Part shown: in pieces, positions 46,678 through 54,526 of the stretch
How the letters are laid out: the number at the start of each line of letters is the position of its first letter
Numbering within the stretch: the first letter of the stretch is position 1
Assembly (NCBI GenBank): GCA_965220345.1
Contig: OZ244822.1
Location: 1,350,669 to 1,414,668, forward strand
Direction of reading: 5' to 3'
Source: Candidatus Aldehydirespirator sp.
GTDB lineage: Bacteria; Actinomycetota; Acidimicrobiia; Acidimicrobiales; Aldehydirespiratoraceae
DNA length: 64,000 nucleotides
The notes under the pieces: model-generated
The model's input: the letters and a program-made list of their open reading frames with translations, nothing else
Database searches by the model: none
Told to the model about the DNA's origin: nothing
Translations under genes and position numbers: made by a program

Positions 46678-46870
46678 TCAGTTCCTCCAACTTCTTAATG
46701 GCTTTGAGCACTTGGCGAACCTGATACGCCTTGGCCATGCCTTTGTGACTCTGGGTATTTACCCGAGAATCCCCTGTCCAGGGCATCCGCTAGACCCAGT
46801 GACTGCCTCGCGTCTGGCGTGGCTGCCCGAACATCGTGTCGCAGAGCTTGACAAGTTCAGAGAAACGCAT
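46670..46870 (-). pseudogene. hicA: HicA-like toxin gene interrupted by an in-frame TAG
   Basis: My translation: MRFSELVKLCDTMFGQPRQTRGSHWV*RMPWTGDSRVNTQSHKGMAKAYQVRQVLKAIKKLEELSE*. The TAG is at 46790-46792. The 3' end overlaps the hicB GTG by 8 nt. AAGGG lies upstream of the ATG. Confidence 0.65.
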
Positions 46871-47081
46871 CCCTTGGGGGTTGTTGTGAAATTCCTCACG
46901 CATTGCCTCCACATCCACACAATAATGATATCACTAAAGATACTAGCCGATATTGGGGGCAGGGCACAGACCTGTCAGTGAGCTAATTACGTAGGACGGT
47001 TTGGGTTCCGCTTGTTCGAATGGCGTGGAGAGCTGCGGTGCTTGAATCGCGAGTCAACGTTCTGCGGGCAGTCGTGTATCT

Positions 47082-48971
47082 GTGAGGCGCTGTCTGCGTG
47101 TTGGCGACTCGCTGCATCTCATTCCGCGGCGGCGCGCTGTCAGCGTTACCTACCAGCCCGGCCCCGACACTGAGATTGCATCCAACGAAACCCTAGATGA
47201 CATTAACGCTTTGGAGTTGCCTCGCTACCGTCTGATCGACTTTCTGTCAAAAAACGCTGATAAGCGCGGGGATCTGACAGTTGATGAGTCCGCAACTATC
47301 AAGATTTGGCGAGAGCAGCCTCATCGCAACCTGAATCTGGTTGGCTTTGCTCGAACATTGATCTATAAGCGACTTGGGTCTTCGGGGCCAGCGCTCATCG
47401 CCACTCTTCGCCGTCACCGGCTCCGAAATGACATCTTGCTTCTCGCCATGAGCCGTGGCTGGGACCTGCCAACGAGGAGTAGCTCCATTGCTGTGGAGCC
47501 CGTGGAGCCTTTAACTACCGATATTGATGACGGCGCAGGAGACGAAGAACTGCCTGTTGACAGGCTTGCGGGCGCTGAGGCCGCCTACGCCAAGCTCATT
47601 GACTCTGACAAAGTCAAACGCCTGCGACCTTTGCTGTTCACTGACGCACTTGCGGATTCCTTGCGTTCAGACAACCGGCTTATCGGTCGCATTCTCGCTC
47701 GTATCGGAGAATGGGATCAAAGAGATGACACCAAGCTTGATTCTTTAGCTGAGCTTGCTTGCGGTGACTACGGCTCAGAGAAAGTGGTGGTTTTTACGGA
47801 GTATGCCGACACGGCTTCCTACGTTGCTGCCGCACTAACCGAGCGTGGTGTTGATCAAGTTGCGATGGTCACCGGTTCCGATGCCAATCCCACTCTGGCT
47901 GCCCGCAGATTTTCGCCGTTATCCAATGCATCGCTAGGCGGGATGCCCAAGGGCTTTGAGCCGATACGAGTGCTGGTGTCAACTGATGTGCTATCGGAAG
48001 GTCAGAACCTTCAAGATGCTCGTGTTGTTGTCAACTATGACTTGCCGTGGGCAGTGGTGCGGATGGTGCAGCGCGCCGGACGTGTTGACCGTATCGGTCA
48101 GACAGCAGACGAGGTTGTAGTTGCCTCAATGCTCCCGCCTGGTGGCATTGAAGAGGTGATTGGCAACCACCGCCGGATTCGTGAGCGGCTAGATGCCAAC
48201 GCTGTTGTGTTTGGGGGAGGAGAACGTTTCTTCGGCACTGAAGACGAAGAGGCAGCGTTGCGGGATGCGATCTACAACGAAGATCCGCCCGACGACTCCG
48301 ACGAGGAAGTTGATGTGGTGTCTATGGCCTATGAGATATGGCGTTCGGCGAAGCGGGATAACCCCGATAAGGCCAAAGCTGCTGAGGCTTTACCTGACGT
48401 GGTCTACTCCACTCTTGCTTGTGGCAATGATGTGGGTGAGCCTGGAGTGCTTGTTCATATCCAGACCGAGGATGAGATTAATGCTTTCGCTGTCGCTCCA
48501 GCATCGGGCAGTCCGCCGAACGCTGTCGCAGCCCGTGAGGCTTTGCGTCTGGCTGCCTGCGAGCCTGACACACCTGTCACCAACACGCTTGAAGGACATC
48601 ATGATCTGGTGGCCACAGCATTCAATGGACCGCTTCGCTTTCCTGCGGCGGCTGCTCAAGGCCAGATGTCAGGCGTTCGGAGCCGATGCTGGAATCGACT
48701 ACGCGGGTTCCTCAACAGTTCTGACTTGAGGACTCAAGGCAACCTTCTGTGGGAGCCATCAAACCTTGATGCTGCGCTAGATGCCTTGCATCGTCGTCCC
48801 TTGTTGCGTAGCGCTCGCGAGGAGATCGCAACAGCTCTACAAGAGCACAGCGACGACAACCTTGCAGCCCTCGTTGCGAATCTTCATTCCCAAAATCAAC
48901 TGTGTGCGCCAGAATCAGCCGAGATCGCTCCGCCCCAGATCATCTGCTCAATGGGTCTAGTGCAGACCTAG
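47082..48971 (+). CDS. SNF2/SF2 helicase C-terminal-lobe protein lacking the N-terminal DEXH lobe (probable remnant)
   Basis: VVVFTEYADTASYV..., VLVSTDVLSEGQNLQDARVVVNYDLPWAVVRMVQRAGRVDRIGQ (motifs IV-VI). No Walker A/DEXH found anywhere upstream. The ORF starts at a GTG just after a stop. Confidence 0.7.
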   Translation: MRRCLRVGDSLHLIPRRRAVSVTYQPGPDTEIASNETLDDINALELPRYRLIDFLSKNADKRGDLTVDESATIKIWREQPHRNLNLVGFARTLIYKRLGSSGPALIATLRRHRLRNDILLLAMSRGWDLPTRSSSIAVEPVEPLTTDIDDGAGDEELPVDRLAGAEAAYAKLIDSDKVKRLRPLLFTDALADSLRSDNRLIGRILARIGEWDQRDDTKLDSLAELACGDYGSEKVVVFTEYADTASYVAAALTERGVDQVAMVTGSDANPTLAARRFSPLSNASLGGMPKGFEPIRVLVSTDVLSEGQNLQDARVVVNYDLPWAVVRMVQRAGRVDRIGQTADEVVVASMLPPGGIEEVIGNHRRIRERLDANAVVFGGGERFFGTEDEEAALRDAIYNEDPPDDSDEEVDVVSMAYEIWRSAKRDNPDKAKAAEALPDVVYSTLACGNDVGEPGVLVHIQTEDEINAFAVAPASGSPPNAVAAREALRLAACEPDTPVTNTLEGHHDLVATAFNGPLRFPAAAAQGQMSGVRSRCWNRLRGFLNSSDLRTQGNLLWEPSNLDAALDALHRRPLLRSAREEIATALQEHSDDNLAALVANLHSQNQLCAPESAEIAPPQIICSMGLVQT

Positions 48972-49073
48972 CCCGCTGACCCGATTCGTGACCCTCATGA
49001 TGCCAGCGCCCGATAAAGGCTCTACACTTATTCTGTAAGTGCAGATAGCACAGGGAAATGTGAGGAGTAGTTC

Positions 49074-49844
49074 ATGCAGACTGTCGAAATCCCACTAACC
49101 GAAATACGTGTGTCTCCCCAGAACACACGCCAAGATCTCCAGTCAGGCACTGAAGATACTAGCCTTGATGACTTAGCAGAATCTATACGCGAGTTAGGAT
49201 TGTTACAGCCGGTGACTGTCATGGAAGGTCATGGTGGTAAGTATGAACTGATAGCAGGTCAGCGCCGTTTTCTGGCCTGTCAGAAGGTTGGAATGAGCAC
49301 CATTACCGCCATTGTCAGAGATGATTTGGATGCTACAGATGCAACGGTGATTTCCTTGGTAGAGAATGTTCACCGCGCCGATATGAGTCCGATTGATAAG
49401 GCTCGAGCATACCAAGGCATCTACAACAAGTATGGTGATTATGAGCGCGTTGCGCGCGAGACTGGAGTTTCAGCGCCCACTATACGCCGCTATATGAGTC
49501 TACTTGACCTTGCACCTTCAATTCTAGCAAAGGCTTCAACTTCGGAAGGTCCGGCAGGCGTTGGAACTTTGTCGCGTTTAGCAAAAGAGTTCTTGCCCGA
49601 CGATCAAGAGTATGTTCTTTCCAAGATAGGTGGTTTCAATTCTAAGATTCAGGATGTCATAATAAGAGAGAGTCACGGTGATGTTCAGAGTATTGAACTC
49701 CTTGCAAGCCAGGCCAGAGAAGGCGCTTTCGACGTTCGGACATGCTCAGAGGGCTTGTGTTTCGAAATGTCAGAAAATCTAAAGGAGCAAGTTAGGCAAG
49801 TGTTGACTGGTAGCATCAAAGACCAAATCCAACAGTTGAGTTAA
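49074..49844 (+). CDS. ParB/Spo0J-like N-terminal-domain protein with HTH
   Basis: IRVSPQNTRQD, ESIRELGLLQPVTV, YELIAGQRRFLACQKVGMSTITAIV, LVENVHRADMSPIDKA, and HTH RVARETGVSAPTIRRYMSLL. GAGGAG RBS. AT-richer than the core genome. Confidence 0.85.
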   Translation: MQTVEIPLTEIRVSPQNTRQDLQSGTEDTSLDDLAESIRELGLLQPVTVMEGHGGKYELIAGQRRFLACQKVGMSTITAIVRDDLDATDATVISLVENVHRADMSPIDKARAYQGIYNKYGDYERVARETGVSAPTIRRYMSLLDLAPSILAKASTSEGPAGVGTLSRLAKEFLPDDQEYVLSKIGGFNSKIQDVIIRESHGDVQSIELLASQAREGAFDVRTCSEGLCFEMSENLKEQVRQVLTGSIKDQIQQLS

Positions 49845-49937
49845 AATAGTCAAAATATATGATTACTTTTATAAATATAGATATAATCTATCTAATTGTA
49901 CATTTATACGAGACTCGGATTTAGATAAGGAGTCACG

Positions 49938-51002
49938 ATGCTCAAGAGTATTCACATCAAGAATTATCGGAGCTTCAAAGACAGCTCAATACGCGACTTT
50001 GGGCGAATCAATATTTTCGCTGGGATGAATAATTCTGGTAAGACCACTCTACTAGAAGCACTGTTCCTTTGGTCTGCTGGTGGTAATCCTCAGTTTGTTT
50101 TCAGTCCTGTCGTGGTACGAGTCGACGTGCCTGTTGAGAGAGTGCCTATTTCGGGCCCGGTTCCTAGTCTAATGCCTGCTGCCGGGTACATGTGGAGTAC
50201 AGCTTGGCAGCCAATGTTCCATGATCTCGGATTAGAAACCCCGATCGAGATTGCTGGCACCCATGCAATTTCTGGAAAGCTAGAACTCAACATTTTGACA
50301 GAGCAGTCGAACGAGTTAGTGCTCCCACCCAATTCCAATACTAGTAATGGCTACCCTGACGATCTGATCTTTCGATACAGGAATGATGGCAAGAATGGCT
50401 TGCTTGAGATTAGGATCAAAACTTCAGGGAAGAGTTACGATATTAACACTAGCGGAGAGATAGAGGTTCCTTTTCAGGCTGTTTTTGTCGGGATGCATAA
50501 CATGGTTACCGATATCGAGCATCTTTCAATTCTCAAAAAAGAAAAAGGAGACGCTGGTGTCCTCAGGGCAATCCAAATGGTCGATCCATCTGTTAAAAGT
50601 ATAGAGATCGGAGTTCTCGGTAGTCAGGTCATAATTCTTGCTGATGTTGGTCTCGAAGATAGACTTCCCATGCAAACATTAGGTGCTGGCTCTCAACGCG
50701 TCGCAGCTCTAGCTACGAGCGCCGCAGCTGCTGCAGGGGGATTTTTGCTTATCGACGAGTTTGATGCTGGTCTGCATCATAGCAAGCTCGGAGATGTCTG
50801 GAAAGCGCTTCATGAGATAGCTGTTGACAAGAATGTGCAAGTGTTTGCCACCACTCACAGCTACGAGTGTGTCCGCACTGCTGCTGAGGTTCTGGGCGAT
50901 GAGGAACCCCACTTCTACCGGCTGCAGGATGGCACAGCAACGAGCTATCCGCCTGATGTGTTAGCAGATGCGATTGCAGCGCAGATGGAAGTACGCGGAT
51001 GA
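49938..51002 (+). CDS. AAA_21/ABC-type (SMC-like) ATPase
   Basis: MLKSIHIKNYRSFKD, Walker A GMNNSGKTTLLEAL, signature-like LGAGSQR, Walker B LLIDEFDAGLH, H-loop ATTHS. AAGGAG RBS behind a very AT-rich 93-bp spacer. Confidence 0.85.
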   Translation: MLKSIHIKNYRSFKDSSIRDFGRINIFAGMNNSGKTTLLEALFLWSAGGNPQFVFSPVVVRVDVPVERVPISGPVPSLMPAAGYMWSTAWQPMFHDLGLETPIEIAGTHAISGKLELNILTEQSNELVLPPNSNTSNGYPDDLIFRYRNDGKNGLLEIRIKTSGKSYDINTSGEIEVPFQAVFVGMHNMVTDIEHLSILKKEKGDAGVLRAIQMVDPSVKSIEIGVLGSQVIILADVGLEDRLPMQTLGAGSQRVAALATSAAAAAGGFLLIDEFDAGLHHSKLGDVWKALHEIAVDKNVQVFATTHSYECVRTAAEVLGDEEPHFYRLQDGTATSYPPDVLADAIAAQMEVRG

Positions 51003-51661
51003 CACAGGGCGGTATGTCAGTAGATCAAAACAGCCCGTCTGGCCCTGAGAGAATTCGCAAAACCAAGCTTTTACTCGTTGAAGGTAAAGAAGATCTCAGA
51101 GTTTTCAAAGAGCTTTGTGCCTACTGGGGCCTTCAGGATATCCAGATCATGCAGATGGAGGGAATCACGAACCTGCATTCACGCCTTAAAGTTGTAGTGA
51201 GAGATCCAGGGTTTCGTAACCTACGGACCCTAGCGATAGCGCGTGATGCCGATTCTAACGCTCAGAGAGCTTTTCAGTCGGTGCTGAATGCGCTCAGCAA
51301 GTGCCCGCCACTCAGGACAAATTTACCATCCAAAGCGGGAGTTCACGGTGGGAATCGTCCTGCCACGACTGTATTCATCGCCCCTGATAACGAGAGCCCA
51401 GGCAACCTAGAGACTATGCTCAACAGGACCAAAGCTGGAGACCCAATTGATGCTTGCATTGAGGAATTCTTCGCTTGTCTGGGACGAGAGGCAGAGTTCA
51501 ACTTAACTGGAAGACACCGCGATAAAGCCCGAGCTTATGCAAGGATCGCGGCCTCATCCAATCCTGCACGTTCTGTCGGCCATTCCGTGCGCTCCCATGA
51601 AGTCTGGAATCTCAATCACGAGTCGCTGTCACCCGTCAAGGCATTCCTGTCAGGGTTGTGA
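50999..51661 (+). CDS. small TOPRIM-like protein (DUF3226/DUF4276/DUF4435-type)
   Basis: LLLVEGKEDLRVF (TOPRIM Glu) and LAIARDADSN (DxD). ATGA overlap with the ATPase gene. Confidence 0.7.
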   Translation: MTQGGMSVDQNSPSGPERIRKTKLLLVEGKEDLRVFKELCAYWGLQDIQIMQMEGITNLHSRLKVVVRDPGFRNLRTLAIARDADSNAQRAFQSVLNALSKCPPLRTNLPSKAGVHGGNRPATTVFIAPDNESPGNLETMLNRTKAGDPIDACIEEFFACLGREAEFNLTGRHRDKARAYARIAASSNPARSVGHSVRSHEVWNLNHESLSPVKAFLSGL

Positions 51662-51747
51662 TCAATTGCATCTCACCCGCTGACTTGAGACCCAACCCAT
51701 CGGCGTTGCTTTCCCACAAACTCCCACCTCAAACGTGCAGCACCCAG

Positions 51748-52455
51748 TTAAGCCGCGTGCCTCTGCGGTAGAAGTAAGATCTCGCCGTCTTTGGCATCTG
51801 CAACAGGCAGCGACGGCATGTCAGGGTGATGCCACTTGCGGACTTCTGGCGTATTGCCTTTGCGTTTGTTGCAGTAAGTGTGGGATGCTTGGAGATTGTC
51901 GAGTTTGTGCAGACGACTCTTGTAGTGGGTGCCCGGTTCGGCTTTGTCGCCTCATCTGATATCGAATACAGCAAATATTTCTGGCACAATGTGTTCGATC
52001 TGAGCACCCTTGAGTTTCATCTCGCCTGCACACAGACCACAGCGACCGCCGTCGCGTCGATAGATATAGGAGAGAATGCGCCGTCGGTGAGTGTCATCCC
52101 AGCGGCCGGATGCGTCTGGTTCATCAGATTCCAAGTACCAGCGCCACCCCTTATCAACAGTTCGGGCAGACCTGCTGAGGAGACCTTCAGGCTTTTCTGC
52201 TAGGTTTGAGTCCCGCCTTTCTTTGGTGCTTTGCTGAATCCCTGCGCCAGAACTAGTAGACGGATTGTCACTCAGCGTCAGAGCTAGCGCGGTTGCCTCG
52301 TATGGCAGAATTTGTCGACATTTCGGGAACTCCGAGCATCCCCAGAACTGCTTGCCAGCATTGTCACCCCTCCGGGCGGTTCGCAGAACCATGGGCTTGT
52401 GGCATCTTGGACACTTTGGGATCGGCTCCGTAACTGGCACTGACTCTCCGTTCAT
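51748..52455 (-). pseudogene. topoisomerase-type C4 zinc-finger + HNH endonuclease gene with an in-frame TGA
   Basis: CPRCHKPMVLR...FWGCSEFPKC (zf-C4_Topoisom-like), then CGLCAGEMKLKGAQIEHIVPEIFAVFDIR-TGA(51952-51954)-GDKAEPGTHYKSRLHKLDNLQASHTYCNKRKGNT. The HNH motif is split by the stop, by my codon-by-codon translation. Confidence 0.75.
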
Positions 52456-52700
52456 AAGTGCGCCGCAACTTGATCATCAGCTTGGATCTTCAACTGTAGG
52501 GACTTTTGTGCAGACATCGCCCCTAGCTCCTATCCGATCTCAGATCCAGTGCGTGAGATTCTCAAGAGTTTGTCCATCGCAGCATGCTGCGGCATCGCCC
52601 TGACCACTGTGAAGCTAGAAGAGTAGAGGTAGCATAAGCCTTGCCGGGGTTGTCAGGGACGGCATCTTGTTCGGCCTTGGCAACAGGAAGAGAGTCAGGA

Positions 52701-53174
52701 ATGAGTATCAGGCTCTACACCGACGACGAACTCGCCAAGCTGCGCTCAATGCCTAAGCGGGTAACCAACCCTAGAGCCCGATGGGTGAAGAAGACCGGCC
52801 ATCGGCAACGAAACTTCCAGGCCATAGCGCAAGAGGACCACTCGAAGCATTTTGCGGTCTATCAGCGACAGAGTGAGAGAGACCTTGAGGACTTTTCTTG
52901 CGGCATCGCCTACCTCCCGCAGAGTGGGAGCCGTCTGACTCTTGCCCGCTACAACGGCTCAAGTCACGTTCACGGCAATATCGCTTACCAGCCGCATATC
53001 CATATCACCACGGAGAAGGCCATTGCCGCTGGCAGGAAGCCCGAGTCCGAGGCTGAGGAGACCGACCTTTACACGACTCTTGACGGTGCCTTTAGGTGCC
53101 TGATCCAAGACTTCCAGTTGGAGGGTATTGCGGTTCCGCCAGCGGGTGAACGGAAGCTTTTTGATGACTCTTGA
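52701..53174 (+). CDS. hypothetical protein (His-rich core motif)
   Basis: MSIRLYTDDELAKLRSMPKRV...LARYNGSSHVHGNIAYQPHIHITTEKAI. No family recognised. The ORF is open from 52641. The 3' end overlaps the next gene. Confidence 0.55.
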   Translation: MSIRLYTDDELAKLRSMPKRVTNPRARWVKKTGHRQRNFQAIAQEDHSKHFAVYQRQSERDLEDFSCGIAYLPQSGSRLTLARYNGSSHVHGNIAYQPHIHITTEKAIAAGRKPESEAEETDLYTTLDGAFRCLIQDFQLEGIAVPPAGERKLFDDS

Positions 53175-53952
53175 TACAGGCGCTTTGCGGGCACTTTTGT
53201 GTGAGCGCCTCTGCGAAGACGTGCAGGTTGATGAGCGTCCCAACGGCTCTTTGATGTTGCGGACCCATTTCGCCTTCCCAGACGGAGACGGATACCCCTT
53301 CCATCTGACTTCGGCACCATCGGGCGGCCTTCGATTGTCGGATCACGGCCACACACTCATGCACATCAGCTACGATCACGATGTCGACTTATTCCTGGCT
53401 GGCACGCGGGGCTTGCTGCTCGAGCGCATCGTTACTGAGACTGGTATCTGCTACGAAGACGAAGATGGAGCCTTCTACGTCGACACTTCTCACGAAGGGC
53501 TACCTGAGGCTGTTTTTCGTTTCGGTCAGGCGCTGACACGAATCTACGACTTGACTTTGCTGTCGCGCTCGAATGTCGGCTCTACTTTTTACGACGACTT
53601 AGCCGACTGCCTCTCGGCACAGATAGACGAATCCAAGATGCAGCGCGACTACGAACCAGAGGTACCCAACGCTGCGGCTTATCTGGTGGACTACAGGATC
53701 GAAGGTAAGAGTGGTGTCCCGCTGTTCGTATACGGTGTGCCTAACCGCGACAAAGCTCGGCTAACGACGATCATGCTAGGCTATTTTCACCGGCAGCATC
53801 TCGCTTTTGAGTCCATCATCGTCTTTGCTGACCAGGCTGAGATACCGAGAGTTGATCTTGCGAGGCTCTCCGATGTGGGTGGTGACATGATCTCATCTTT
53901 GGAGTCCACCGAGGATCTCAACCGAAAACTCCTAAAGCGTGTCGCCGCATGA
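53164..53952 (+). CDS. DUF1828/DUF1829-like protein
   Basis: HFAFPDGDGYPFHLTSAPSGGLRLSDHGHTLMHI resembles my recollection of the DUF1828 N-terminal module. ATG 53164 overlaps the upstream stop by 11 nt. Confidence 0.6.
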   Translation: MTLDTGALRALLCERLCEDVQVDERPNGSLMLRTHFAFPDGDGYPFHLTSAPSGGLRLSDHGHTLMHISYDHDVDLFLAGTRGLLLERIVTETGICYEDEDGAFYVDTSHEGLPEAVFRFGQALTRIYDLTLLSRSNVGSTFYDDLADCLSAQIDESKMQRDYEPEVPNAAAYLVDYRIEGKSGVPLFVYGVPNRDKARLTTIMLGYFHRQHLAFESIIVFADQAEIPRVDLARLSDVGGDMISSLESTEDLNRKLLKRVAA

Positions 53953-54276
53953 TAAGACCGCGCGTCGTGGTGGCTGCATGGTTGAACTGTTGGATAATGG
54001 ACTCGCCAAGGGCATTAGTCTGCCGAAGTGAAGCCCGGTAACTCCCCAGACGGCAGGTGCAGCCTGTGAGATGGTTGGTGCGCGGACTCCACCGGTGGTT
54101 GCGATCGGTGTGCGGGTGTTGTCATCGGAGATCGCTAATCGATTGTCGACGCTGTCGCGAAGCGAAAGGATGGCTTTGGTATGGTCACGCATCATCCACA
54201 AGATGAAGCCGATAAACGGCGTGAGGAAGCCGATGATGGCGGCAACCGCGAAGCTGATAAATGCTGCTGAGTCCAT
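53932..54276 (-). CDS. hypothetical small membrane protein
   Basis: One N-terminal TM (FISFAVAAIIGFLTPFIGFILWM). Convergent with the previous gene, overlapping it by 21 nt. Weak. Confidence 0.25.
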   Translation of the reverse strand: MDSAAFISFAVAAIIGFLTPFIGFILWMMRDHTKAILSLRDSVDNRLAISDDNTRTPIATTGGVRAPTISQAAPAVWGVTGLHFGRLMPLASPLSNSSTMQPPRRAVLSCGDTL

Positions 54277-54526
54277 GAATTTGACTATACATCAACCTTC
54301 AGTAAACCTTCAGCACATTGTAACTCGTGCATTCACAATATTTTCTGATTGCCTGCAGGGCCGTGCCGCTAGCGAAGATCGGAGTGCGCTCGCTAGTGTC
54401 TAGCCAGCGACGGGTTGCGGTTGGATCTCGGGACGTTGGCACCACAAGCAGTCTCATACTTACACAGGAGGCTCACCTCTACACGCTGGAACCAGCCTCT
54501 ATGTCCACTACAGCTAGGCTTCGGCC

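Noticed and set aside
46712-46981. 89-aa plus-strand ORF
   Set aside because: It is antisense to the hicA-like frame and its promoter region. No motif found.
51952-51954. Selenocysteine at the TGA inside the HNH gene
   Set aside because: The position lies in a loop of the HNH motif where no Cys/Sec is expected. I see no obvious stem-loop immediately 3' of the codon, and no sel genes are in the window. A nonsense mutation is more parsimonious.
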